Positions 44,992 through 55,932 of a stretch of DNA of 64,000 nt are shown here, piece by piece. The position numbers were made by a program, and so were the translations under genes. Each line of letters starts with the position of its first letter. Position 1 is the first letter of the stretch. A model generated the notes under the pieces. It made no database searches and was not told the origin of the DNA. It saw only the letters and a program-made list of their open reading frames with translations. This DNA comes from a virus: positions 1 to 64,000 of the IMG/VR virus record IMGVR_UViG_3300003177_000020. One strand, given 5' to 3'.

Positions 44992-45038
44992 TCTTGTGAT
45001 CTCCTTCGTGCCTTATGCACTGTATTTGTTACTTTTTC

Positions 45039-45092
45039 AGCTTACGATTGATCACGTACACTTACAAGATTTATTTATAAAAAGTTAGTAAC
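45039..45092 (-). promoter_or_regulatory. Early sigma70-type promoter (GATC in spacer)
   Basis: On the minus strand: CTAACTTTTTATAAATAAATC-TTGTAA-N17-TAAGCT. Confidence 0.75.
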
Positions 45093-45111
45093 TATACGAA
45101 AGGCAAAGACA

Positions 45112-45399
45112 ATGACACACAGAATGTTACGATTTGAAGAAATGATCTCCGAGATCGCATCCACAACGGGAGCCACAAAAAAGGAAGCTGCCAAAGTGAT
45201 CAACGCTTACATTGATCTTATAGATCGGGAACTGCAAGAAGGAAATGATGTCCGCTTGAAAGGGATCGGCAGATTTTGTGTTCGCACTTCCAAATCCAAG
45301 AAAGTGATCAACAAATATTTTGGTGTGAATCGCACCATACCACCGAAGAAATACATACATTTTCAATGCAGTGAAAAAATGCTGCGAAGAATCAACTAG
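45112..45399 (+). CDS. HU/IHF-family DNA-binding protein
   Basis: IASTTGATKKEA, GNDVRLKGIGRF and IPPKK.IHF..SE.M. Confidence 0.85.
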   Translation: MTHRMLRFEEMISEIASTTGATKKEAAKVINAYIDLIDRELQEGNDVRLKGIGRFCVRTSKSKKVINKYFGVNRTIPPKKYIHFQCSEKMLRRIN

Positions 45400-45409
45400 G
45401 TATTAGATC

Positions 45410-46283
45410 TTAGGAGATTCCTCGGTCGACAATTGGTGTCGATTCTTCGCAGCCGATCTTTGTTGGTGGCAGCCAGTATAGCACACTTTCTTTTCTTCCT
45501 TTTCCTATGCGGTAGGTGTGCCAGTGTGCGCGTCTCCAATGTGCTGCCTTTTGACTTCCGTTGCTGTTGCTATGTTGCGCAGTTCCTGTGGTGTTTTTGA
45601 TATCGCTACCACGTCTATACCCAACATCGAAGCTGACGACTGCGCTTCATCCTGTGTTTGATATCTGCATTTTTGCAGCAAATATAAAGAAGCAAGTTGA
45701 TCCCAATGTTTGCGATCTTGAAGATCGGTTCAAACACAGATCCATCGTAATTTACACCACCATCACGAATGCCTGTGATGATTGCCTCTTTGATTCCCAT
45801 ACCAGAAATAAATGGAATGAATAGTGGCAAAGGAACTCCCGTTTCAAAAAAGACTGTGATACGCAATTCCTCTTTATAATTCAATGTGTTCATGTGATCA
45901 TCAAACCAGTCAATCGAACACAAGAATCCTTCAATGTTTTGTTTCCCATATGGTATGAAGATTGCCCATTCTGGCATCTTGTACAGCAGTTCAAATGGGA
46001 GTGGTTTATTCCCCAGTTCAGTAGGCACAATCTTACCGATCAAATCTTCCTTGATCGTGTAAATGCCCTTTGTATACCACCAATTGAGATATGTGGAATA
46101 TTCCCATGCGTCTCGTAATTTCTGATTGTAAGCTTTCGCATATTCCACACCAAAACTGATGGGGAATAAAACATGTTCGGGTATGTTATCGAATTGGTTG
46201 TCGCGCACGGCTTGCATTGCCAGTGCTGCAAAGTGCTTGTTGTTATCAATATGGGTTCGAACTGTGGAGAGAAATTTACGCAT
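45410..46283 (-). CDS. acrVA2: AcrVA2-family (FinQ-related) anti-CRISPR protein; frame break near 45643
   Basis: W.YTKGIY, MPEWAIFI, IEGF and LLYICCKNADI; second frame FDVGYRRGSDI...HWRRAHWHTY...YWLPP ending at TAA 45410. Confidence 0.8.
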
Positions 46284-46332
46284 GAATCACTCCTTTTGAG
46301 TGTTGGTGATGGTTGCCTGTATGATCTTTTTG

Positions 46333-46668
46333 TTACACAAGATCCGTGATATCTACATCACAGTCAAAGAAGTTTTCTTCCAAAAATGCCAGTCTGTTTC
46401 GCACTTGCTGGCGTCGCTCTTCTTGTTCTTCTTTGAGTAAAATCTTGTTGTATGTTTTGTCGGAGCAGATTGCCTCGACTTCATTTTGAAGTATTTGTTT
46501 GTGGTTCATGTAGTAAGATGTGCGCTCCCATGCGCTTGCGCTTTCTGCCTCACGCTTCAATTCTTCTGCTCGTATTTTCAAGCTTGGAACTTCCCTGATG
46601 GCGAGGTTGTAGATCCATTCAAAGTTTGTTTTTGCTTTTTCTTCTTTGTAGTTTTTGTAGCTGTTCAT
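46333..46668 (-). CDS. Small helical protein upstream of acrVA2
   Basis: AAGGAG RBS; first gene after the 46.7 kb promoter. Confidence 0.65.
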   Translation of the reverse strand: MNSYKNYKEEKAKTNFEWIYNLAIREVPSLKIRAEELKREAESASAWERTSYYMNHKQILQNEVEAICSDKTYNKILLKEEQEERRQQVRNRLAFLEENFFDCDVDITDLV

Positions 46669-46713
46669 CTCTGTTCTCCTTGGTGCGTTTCGCACTGTGT
46701 TTGTTATGTTTAT

Positions 46714-46766
46714 ATAGTAGAGATGATCACTTCATTTTACAAGAAATAAATAAAAATAGTTAGCAT
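46714..46766 (-). promoter_or_regulatory. Early sigma70-type promoter (GATC in spacer)
   Basis: On the minus strand: TTGTAA-N17-TACTAT with UP-like block. Confidence 0.8.
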
Positions 46767-46816
46767 CTATCCGACATCTCTACATTTTTTATGCGTGAAA
46801 ATACACAGAATGATCT

Positions 46817-49364
46817 TTATTTCAAAATTGCACGGCATAATTTGATCCGATCATCGGCATTCATAACACTTTTGTTTTGTATCAAGTGTGAACATCTTCT
46901 AATTTCTGCATCCATATTATTGCGACGCAGATGCTCACCAACCATAATCAAAACAGCAAATGCCATAGCGAAAAAGAATAAACCAATTGTAAATACAATC
47001 TTGAAGTCCTCATTTACAAACGGCATTGTATCCTCCTTGTGTTCCAACAAACAACGATTCAAACACAACTTTTTCAACCACAACGAACATGCCGTTGCCA
47101 GATATAATGTAATGATCTGGAAGCACAGACTTCACACCGACCAGTTTTGATTTTATTTTAACAGTGTACGCACGGTGTATTTCCAAACCCCAAGAAACAC
47201 GAGTTTCACTCCGTTCAGCATAAATCCCATGCCTCCCCAAAAATTTAATTGTGTAGTACAAAGATTCATTTGTGTTTTCAAAAAGTACCACTTCAACATT
47301 TTCTCGTGTACAAATCATATTCAATCACTCAACTCTGTGATCATTCCAATTTTTGCGTAATACAAAATTCTGTTTCTCAGTGTTTCAAATTCTTCTGTGG
47401 TCTTCAGTGAAATAGCCGTCTTGACATCATCTAGGCTGTACCATTCTGCCAGAGTAACCTCCACGAGCAGCCCTTCAACACGTTTGTGCTTCACATATTG
47501 CGCAATCATGTGGCGTTTTTGTTGTAGCTCTTCTTTGATCTGCCACCCTGTATCTTTCCATTTATAATCAAAGATTTTTTTGCCATTCCTTTCAATTTCT
47601 GGATCTGATGGTGTGCAGAAATTTGGATCTTCGCCATAGCCAGCGACTAGAACACGCGCAGCATCCATGAAACTTCGTGCTAGGTATCCACCTTCTTCTG
47701 CATCGTCTCCATCCAGTTTCATCACCTGCTCTTCACTGTCGAATGCCCACTTGTAACCGTCTTTATCCGTGAACTTGATTTTCATTGATCCACTCCTTGA
47801 TGGTGCTGCTGTTGAAATTGAAATTCTTCCCAAAAATAGTGATTCCGTGCTTGTTGAATGTCGCCATGATCGCGATCACTTTTGCAGTTTGGTTGAACAA
47901 TTTTGCAATTGTACCTTTCTTTGTTTTTCCCGTGTGATCGCCATACATCATGAGATCGGATCGACTGGCAATATCTTTGATCAATTCTTCTTTGTTGTTT
48001 TCCAGCCAATCCCAGTGCTTGTCGAGTTCTTCTTTCGATTTGCACGCCATCAATTCCATGCCGTTCATTTGGACTGCCATTTCGATTGACATGATAAACA
48101 GTTTTGATCTGGTATCCAGATGTGAACTAAACTCTCGTGCTGCTTCTTGAAGTTGCGCTTGCGTGTGCTTTCTTTTGAATCTTCTCTTTGCCATTTTGAC
48201 ACCTATTTTATGTTGTGTTTGTACTCGTGCTGATCCATACGATATCGGATAATTGGTATCCCATAATTATTCATTTTGTGAGCTGACAACAATCCTGCGT
48301 CACCATAAGTTTGAAGTAAAAAGTCATTCAGAGATATACCGTCTGGACATTTGAGATCATCATTAAATTTGCACACGTCGAATCCATATTGAATTGAAAA
48401 GTAATCTTTCAACTTCAGATCAAATATGTTTTCAAATTCTTTTTTTTCTTTTTCTGTTGGAAAATAACGCTTAGGCGTCTCTTGTATTTGTTTATTTGGG
48501 GAATCATCCGCTTGCATTCTCCTGAATCTTCTCTTTGCCATTGCAGCATCCCTTCAAGATTCTTTTTTATCCGCAAATGTACACAGGTATTCAGTGCGGA
48601 ATAATGGCAGTTCTTTCATTTCATGCGTTGCAACAAATCTGTTCTGTTCAACTGAAAAATGAAAGTGTATTGGTTTGATATTATTCTCTTTGAAACAACG
48701 ATCACACACATGGATGTGTCCGTTGATCTTATCATCAATAACACCTGTCACATGTTTCGTTTCCATTGTTGCTGGAACTGTAGCACCGCAAAGATCACAT
48801 TTCATCATGCCAAACTCCTATGGCTTCAAACGTCAAACTCTCCATCCAGCAGGTGCGGGAATAACCCACGCAGACTTGACTCACATCTTCTGTTCATGGT
48901 GTCCAAAATATTTTTTGCACTGCTATCCGACACATCAACTTCATTTTCTGATATTTCCTTGAAACGGTCTATTACACACACAGCATATTCTCTGAGTGCA
49001 TCGTATAGCTTGCTTGTGGTATTTGCCTGTTGTGAATAAATCAGCATCGCAGCAGCAAGTTCTCTGGATGTTTTTTTCTTTAAATCTTCTTCAAAAAACC
49101 CAAGAACATCTTTGACCAAGTTGATCCGATACGTCGTTCATTTTGAGTCTTGATTTTTGTTTCAATGGCATACATTCGTGTGCGTAATTTTGATGTGTAA
49201 GTTCCGATCTCCTTTGATGAAAAATAAAAACCGACAATACCTTTTTTGAATGCTAACTGTTCGAGATCGCTGATAACAGATTCAAGTTGACCAAATGGCA
49301 CAAACTCTTTCAGTAATATGTATAGCATCGCTGTTACTGGATCTTTTGTGTGCTTGTCTTCCAT
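46817..49364 (-). CDS. Operon of small hypothetical genes (46817..47026, 47010..47324, 47321..47785, 47763..48194, 48203..48541, 48554..48808, 48826..49119, 49080..49364)
   Basis: Overlapping or coupled minus-strand ORFs; starts approximate. Confidence 0.55.
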
Positions 49365-49959
49365 CAGAAACGCTTCCCATGTTTTGCGCTGCGGTTTGCG
49401 TTGTATTCGATCTTTGCAGCTACAGCACTGTCCAAATCGATATTGAAACGTCCACAGTAATCCAACAATCGAATTTGCAGATCTGCGAGTTCCTCATCCT
49501 CTGCAGAAAAACCATCGATCTTGCTTGACTGCTGCACACCACCATACATTGTTCTGGCTCGTAGCCCTTCCAACACTTCTGAAATTTCAGAGTGCATCAA
49601 TGCCAGTGCGCGTGATTTTTCATTCAGGATGTAATTATCCAAGCCAAATAATGTGTTGAACATTTTGTAATTCTCTGACAACTGTTACATTCCACAAATT
49701 CTTGTTCAATCACCCACGCTCTTTGTTTTTCATCTGGAATAAACCTTTCCAGTTCTCGGAAACTGTTCTCACCATATTTTTCGTGCAGAACACAGATCAT
49801 CTTTGCAGCAAAGAACTCTTCCTGAGAAATTGTATCCCAGAAACCTTTTTCTTTTGATATTCCGTGAAATACTTCTGCAAGACCAGTGAGAGGTCTTTCT
49901 TCACGCAAGTAATCCACCATGTCACCAACAAACGTTTGCATTTTATCACTAAGTTTCAT
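49364..49959 (-). CDS. MazG-like NTP pyrophosphohydrolase (split near 49684)
   Basis: LAEVFHGISKEKGFWD in 49624..49959; LALMHSEISEVLE...EELADLQIRLLD..KIEYNANR in 49364..49681. Confidence 0.75.
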
Positions 49960-50171
49960 CCTTCACCTTCTTTCATGTCGCAGCATCGATCCAACAATGC
50001 CATTGCGTTTTCATTTGTTTCTTCTTTGTGCTTTTTTAGGCGTTCAAGCACAGCCGATATAAATTGCGACGGCTTAAGCTCAAACCCTAGTGTTTTTCTT
50101 TCTGCTTGTGTTTGTTCATCGATGAAGTTGACAAGATCCTCATCGATATAAAATGATTTTTTTACTTTCAT
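49956..50171 (-). CDS. Ribbon-helix-helix DNA-binding protein
   Basis: KKSFYIDEDLVNFID...SQFISAVL. Confidence 0.6.
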   Translation of the reverse strand: MKVKKSFYIDEDLVNFIDEQTQAERKTLGFELKPSQFISAVLERLKKHKEETNENAMALLDRCCDMKEGEG

Positions 50172-50183
50172 GGTTCCTCACTT

Positions 50184-51476
50184 TTAGAATGGGATAGCAT
50201 CAAACAATTCTGTGTGTGCATCCAAAAATTCATGTGGTTCATATGGTGCAGTTCTTTGGAATGCCATAGTTACTCCTGCGTATTCCACCCCTTTGTTTTC
50301 CGCGTAAATTGTGCATGGTTTCAACTCATCATAAAATACGATCTCTACACCTTGAAACCCTGTGACGTGTTCCAGAAATATGAGAAGTTGATCTATGCTG
50401 TATGTGTTTTCGATAACATCTGCTACTTGTAATTTTTCAAGATTCAAAAACTCTTTGTAGGCATAAAATTCTGCAATATCACTTTCGGATTCATCAGCAA
50501 TAAATGGTATCGAAATGTCAATACCAGTCTCAGCAGTTTTGATCCACACAATTGGAACTGCTTCTTTCTTTTTAAGCTGCATCTTTTTGTATTGTGCGGA
50601 AGCTTCACGCAGGATTGTTTTGAACTGTTCCAGTTGTATGGGATCAATCAAATATGAGTGTGATATTTCTTTCGGTATGACTGCTTCAACGTGATATTCT
50701 TGGTAGTAATAGAGTCCATCTTTCATGGCAACTGTAAGATTTTCAAATTTGATTTGCGCCTCATCATCTATGTGGCAAAGCTCCACGGGACTCTTGTTTG
50801 TTTTATTTGACGCTCCATTTTTGTAGATTGTGTGCATCACTTTTGATGGTATTGCTACTCGTAATTTTTGGCTTTGACCAGTGTACTTCTGTTTGGTTCG
50901 AATAGCGTATTGCGCGACTGGAACGGCTGTGGATTGGATAATCAATTCATTGTTTGAAACTTCAAATGCCACACCATCGCTGTCTCTATAATGCAATGTT
51001 CGCACTTGCAACGCTGGTTTCATGAGTTCGTATGTTTGGCAGAATGTTTCATTATCAATGCTTAAAACATTTGTTGTATCCGAACAAAATAATGATCTGC
51101 AATCTTCCCCATCAAAGAAATTTGTTTTGAACAATGCGATATCGTGCGGAAACATTTCCACATCAATTACACAGGTATTTGCGACAACCGTGAATGCATT
51201 TTGCTGTACTGGTGTGAAGAAGATATCGCTTTTTGAATCACACGCAGAAATTATTTGTGCTGTATGACTGCGATTCAAAATATACAAACCCGTTGAAAGC
51301 ACACGGCATGTAATTTCAACTTCTACTGCGATGCCTTGTGGGAATGCGAGACCAAATATGCGAACACCAACACCCTCTGTTGCGGATAAAAAATATCGTG
51401 TTGGTTTGTACAATTTATGAAAGCATCCATCTATTTTCTTTATGGATTTTGATAGCACCTTGTTATTTATAATCAT
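50184..51476 (-). CDS. Divergent beta sliding-clamp-like protein
   Basis: VAIPSK, VEAVIPKE, YSIDQLL.FL, EIVFYDELKPCTI and YAGVTMA resemble DnaN domain 2/3 motifs. Confidence 0.5.
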   Translation of the reverse strand: MIINNKVLSKSIKKIDGCFHKLYKPTRYFLSATEGVGVRIFGLAFPQGIAVEVEITCRVLSTGLYILNRSHTAQIISACDSKSDIFFTPVQQNAFTVVANTCVIDVEMFPHDIALFKTNFFDGEDCRSLFCSDTTNVLSIDNETFCQTYELMKPALQVRTLHYRDSDGVAFEVSNNELIIQSTAVPVAQYAIRTKQKYTGQSQKLRVAIPSKVMHTIYKNGASNKTNKSPVELCHIDDEAQIKFENLTVAMKDGLYYYQEYHVEAVIPKEISHSYLIDPIQLEQFKTILREASAQYKKMQLKKKEAVPIVWIKTAETGIDISIPFIADESESDIAEFYAYKEFLNLEKLQVADVIENTYSIDQLLIFLEHVTGFQGVEIVFYDELKPCTIYAENKGVEYAGVTMAFQRTAPYEPHEFLDAHTELFDAIPF

Positions 51477-51501
51477 GTTCTTGTCCGATCTCTGGTGGGT
51501 G

Positions 51502-52248
51502 CTAGAATGGGATCACTTCGACTCTTTTTGGTTCTTTTCGTGTGTGATCTGCATTCCAGTCACGAAGAACAAAGTAGCAAGGGACACTGTTGTTTTTCAT
51601 CGCAACCCAAAGATTCATTGCTGTTTCAATCGGCACATTGTAAAAACATGCTGCCGATCCACTTTTGCGCAGAATACTTGCAACTTCTGCTGCATAGGAT
51701 CGAACTTCTTTTTCAGCTTGAAAATTCTCCATTCTGAAATGCGGGTCTGCGACTGTTACCCATTCAGTGCAATCCATCCGTGCTTTCTTTTCAATTGTTT
51801 CTTTGTACAGATCTGGGCTGTACCGCGAGAATATGATCATTTTGCTTGTTTCGTAATATGCAGGTCTTTCGACTGCAAATCGGATCGGCATTACCCAACG
51901 CACACCTGTTGGTGTGAATGGATATTCTCCTGTTCTTTTGTTTTTTGGTGATGGGATTGTAACAGGAACAAACACGTTGATCCGAGACATCATGCACTGT
52001 TTTGCGATTCCAATGCAGTAATTTGTCTCACCAGAAACCATAATTCCTGCAACATGGTTTCCATTTTGATGTTCGTTATCGATCACACGCAGGACACGTT
52101 TCCACGCAGCCATTGATTGCTTTTTGATTCCACGATTATCTGCATATGGATGCACCGCAGACTCGCCATCAAGTGCAAATTGCACATCGCACTTTTGCCA
52201 GATAGAATTATCCATCCTTCTACCTGTCGCATTGACAATGTATTTCAT
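51502..52248 (-). CDS. Two-domain protein resembling tandem Csx20-like domains
   Basis: VHPYAD, IMVSGE, INVFVPVT and F.P.GVRW; the second unit starts KMIIFSR. Confidence 0.4.
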   Translation of the reverse strand: MKYIVNATGRRMDNSIWQKCDVQFALDGESAVHPYADNRGIKKQSMAAWKRVLRVIDNEHQNGNHVAGIMVSGETNYCIGIAKQCMMSRINVFVPVTIPSPKNKRTGEYPFTPTGVRWVMPIRFAVERPAYYETSKMIIFSRYSPDLYKETIEKKARMDCTEWVTVADPHFRMENFQAEKEVRSYAAEVASILRKSGSAACFYNVPIETAMNLWVAMKNNSVPCYFVLRDWNADHTRKEPKRVEVIPF

Positions 52249-52265
52249 TTTTTTTGAACTCCTGT

Positions 52266-53580
52266 TTATTTTTTCTTTTCATTGAAAATTTTCAATCCGT
52301 CTTCAAAAGAAAGAAGTTTTTCAGATGTACCCCATGCCGAGTGTCCATTGCTCGCGATCCACGATTTTTCCAGTATCCACGCTTTTATTCCCTTGCTGTA
52401 TGCGGGATACAGTCGGCAGAGATCATAACCGCGATATCCTTTCGGATCGTAAATTGGATCGACTTTTCCCACTTCTTCAAATGTGATGGCTGGAAATTTT
52501 GAGATAAGCAGTTGACCGACTGTGATTGATTCTTCGCCTTCGTTACGTCCACGCTGTAAGAGTTCTGTTTTGTGCTTGTATTTGAAATCTTGAAAATTGA
52601 TCATAGCTTCACTCCATTTGAGTTGCATGTTGTGTTTTGGCATCCTCATCAGCATATAGTTGCCAGCGCTGGGATCAATCGTCTGTATTTTCAGCTTCTT
52701 GTTTGGCTTCGTACCAGTCAAATGCTTCTTGTTTGATCTGCATTGGATTGTGGTATGGCGCGTCGATTGTTTCATAAAGTGTGCATTCTTCGCTTTCAAA
52801 GTCTTGATCGTATACCAACACACCTTCAGGCTTGTATTCATCCCAATACCATCGGAGCTTCCCTGTGGTGATGAATAATGTTTCTGGTTCAGGATGGATG
52901 TCATCTGCTTCCCACGCTTTCAATCCTTCCCCTGCAACATAGTTTCGATGATCGACATACACTGTGGCTATCCACTTGCCATCAGGCATCTTTGTGTTTT
53001 GGACTTTGAGACCGAGATCTTTCCCATCGATGTATTTTGGTTTGATCCCTGCGCGACGGTTTTTAGCACGCTGCTCAATTCCAGATGGTTTGAATATGTG
53101 GAATCTTTCTTTGTTGAAATCGCTTGTGATGTTGGCATGGAATGTCATATTCAGGTTGTCATCGAACTGCGGTAGGCAGAATGAATCTCCACCTTCAGCT
53201 GCAAGTCGAATCAAATTGCGGTCAATCCCATCTTCAACATCAATGTATTTGCCTTCGACTTCCCGATATAACACAGACATTGCGCGGTGTAATTTGTATG
53301 CAAATTCAAACGGTACGACGATATTGATGCTGCCTTTGTCGTCCCACGCTACGATTGATTTGAGGTTGCTTCCATATCCGCGTGCAACCGCTTTGACAAA
53401 CTTTCGTGCTGCATCTCTCCACTTCCGACTGCTTTCTGGATACTCCAACCGAAAGCCTCCGAATACATGTATGGATTCATTTGGCATTTTGAATGCCGCT
53501 AGGACATGAGGCTGCTGAAGAGTTGCTGCAAAGATTTTAGAACCTGTGGTTGGTGTGTAGATAAAATGACGCTTGATCAT
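52266..53580 (-). CDS. Two hypothetical genes (52266..52604, 52675..53580)
   Basis: RBSs present; CTCAAAAGGAG before 53580. Confidence 0.6.
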
Positions 53581-53700
53581 GATTGACTCCTTTTGAGTTT
53601 GTATTTACTGCACCATTGCAGTTTTCGGCTTGAGCGCGTACCTTTCGGAACCCTAGCACCGCTCGCATTTACGGCTGCGAATCACCGTTGATTGTGCGAT

Positions 53701-54156
53701 TTATTCCCAAGAACTTAATTCTTTTATGAGTTCTTCGATTTCTTCGTCATCGTATCCTGCACCGCTGCATGGATCTGTTTGCGTGATACGATCTCCATCT
53801 TCGTTTTCCCATGTGTATTCGATGTTGATGTTTGTCGGGTCATACTGCCAAAAAACAATCTCTGGTTTTCTTGTCTCATCTTCCTGTGTTTCATCCCAGA
53901 GAAATATTCGAATGTCTGAGTCTGCGTTTTCGTATTTGAATGTTCCTTCGTGTTCCTGAGTCAAGAACAGATTCACAAAATGCTTCTTGTCTTCTTCGAA
54001 TAATTCCAGTTCATCGCTTTGATCATTTTTTGTGAAGTATTCGAACTCTCCATCTGCGGTATCAAATTCGATGCGTGAAATTTCTTTGTAGTCGATTCCA
54101 ATTCTTGCAAGTGCTTTTCTTTGTGCTGCGTTGAAATTTGAAAATACCTTTTTCAT
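53701..54156 (-). CDS. Acidic early protein
   Basis: CTCAAAAGGAG RBS; about 40 D/E in 151 aa. Confidence 0.7.
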   Translation of the reverse strand: MKKVFSNFNAAQRKALARIGIDYKEISRIEFDTADGEFEYFTKNDQSDELELFEEDKKHFVNLFLTQEHEGTFKYENADSDIRIFLWDETQEDETRKPEIVFWQYDPTNINIEYTWENEDGDRITQTDPCSGAGYDDEEIEELIKELSSWE

Positions 54157-54223
54157 TGCCTTACTCCTTTTGAGTCGTTGTTTTTGTTTGCGATCTTTTG
54201 TGATCGCGTCGTCTACGTTCACG

Positions 54224-54252
54224 AATATAGTCGAGATCACTTTTAGGGTCAA
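54224..54252 (-). promoter_or_regulatory. sigma70-type promoter (GATC in spacer)
   Basis: On the minus strand: TTGACC-N17-TATATT. Confidence 0.7.
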
Positions 54253-54380
54253 CTATTTTCTGCAAAAAAGATGAAAATAGTTCTAACAACTATGAAACTA
54301 GCGCAAGCCGTATCCTTTAACATACAATGGCTTTGTTTTTGGAATGTATTTATTTTGTGTAAAACACACGGAGGATCAAA

Positions 54381-55330
54381 ATGGACAAACTTTCGAAGAT
54401 CAAAAAAAGATTGAATCAAAAACCAAGCAAATCTGGATTCAACAAACTGCTTGATGAACTGCTTGATATGATCGATTCCACTCAATTCAACGAGGCTTTT
54501 GATCTCGTTTCTTCCCGAATACACGAAGGCACAGATGCAGATCGCACTCTGATTGTTTCCAGTTGGAATGATCTGGATCGGTACAAACCTGTGTTGATGT
54601 TTGCTCGCAGAATTGAACTGCAATAAACCCGCGTAGGAGGCACACATGTTGTCGAATTTGGCAGCCACACTCAGTATGGGATTGATCGCTACCATATGGG
54701 GTTCTTTCTTCGGTGCTGTCGCTGTTATTTGGTCTGTATGGGGCTTGTTGAAGCGATGGCTGGAGGGGAAAGGAATCATCGAAACCACAGATGGGAAGAT
54801 CGACAAAATCCTGCAAAAATTGGATCAATTGGTATCTGCCATCGACGCAGACTTTGGAGAAGAAAACCAAATCAAAGATCTGCTGATGAACATCAAATCT
54901 ATCGTCGATCACCACGATCAACTGCATCGACCTGTTGAGTTTGGCACTGCTCCGAAAGCGTGGTGCAAGAATGATCAAATTGAGCAGAAGATCTGCGAGT
55001 TGGAACACATCACACAAGAGCGATACACCGACCTGCATAGGCAAACAAACGAAATCCTGCAGCTGGTATCGCGCATTGTAATTTTGCTTGAACAGACAAG
55101 GTAGGAGGCACGATATGATTGACACTGAAATCTTAGAACTGCCTTTCGATTTTGATCTGAAAAAGAAGGCATCAACCCCAACAGAAAGATTGAATCAATT
55201 ATTGCTGCGAAAGTTTGGAGTCAATTATGTTTTCACTCTGGATGATGGATCACAAGTCTCAATTCAAAAAGTGCTGCGCAATCCCGTCTTGGTATCTCGT
55301 ATCGCGCAGCAACTTATAAAAAATAAATAA
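54381..55330 (+). CDS. Three genes: 54381..54626, 54646..55104 (TM plus coiled coil, holin-like) and 55115..55330
   Basis: GGAGG RBS before each. Confidence 0.6.
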
Positions 55331-55681
55331 AACTACAAACTACACAACAGCCCACCAATACCACACACCAACACAACTGCACGTTACAAATTTTATTTAT
55401 TTCTGCTAATACACAAAATTGTGGTTGAAAACTTGTCAAATTCTAAAATCATGTCAAGTGTTTTCTTTCACGCTTTATTTATTTTTTGTAAATAATTATT
55501 TAGACAAATTATACACTTACAAGAAAAGTTGCCTCTTTTTCAAAAAAAGTTGTTGACGCACTTCAAATTTTTCTGTAGGCATTTGATTAATACCTTTTCT
55601 CGTGCACTGTACAGTGCGCGTATGGCTGCTTTATGTTGCTAATTGTAATCCGTCCATGCGACTTGCTTAATACTAAACAAG

Positions 55682-55932
55682 ACAAGTGGGTGGGTAAAGT
55701 AATCATCAACAACACTTACTACTACTAAATAACAAAACAAGTGGGTGGGTAAAGTTAGTCATACAATTCATTATTCATTATAAATAAAACATATATTCTG
55801 GGTGGGTAAAGTAATCATTACTAATCATCACTTTGTATTTGTAATTAAAACTTACAAGTGGTGGGTCAAGCAGATATCAACAATATTTACTCCTTAATCA
55901 ATTATGACTGGTGGGGGTAAAGTAATCCATTC
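55682..55932. repeat. Five-unit non-coding array with core (ACAAG)TGGGTGGGTAAAGTAATCAT, period 52-59 bp
   Basis: Cores at 55690, 55745, 55802, 55861 and 55913, separated by G-poor AT-rich spacers. Confidence 0.85.

Noticed and set aside
55682-55932. CRISPR array
   Set aside because: Repeats are degenerate and non-palindromic, spacers resemble one another and are low complexity, and no cas genes are recognisable in the window.
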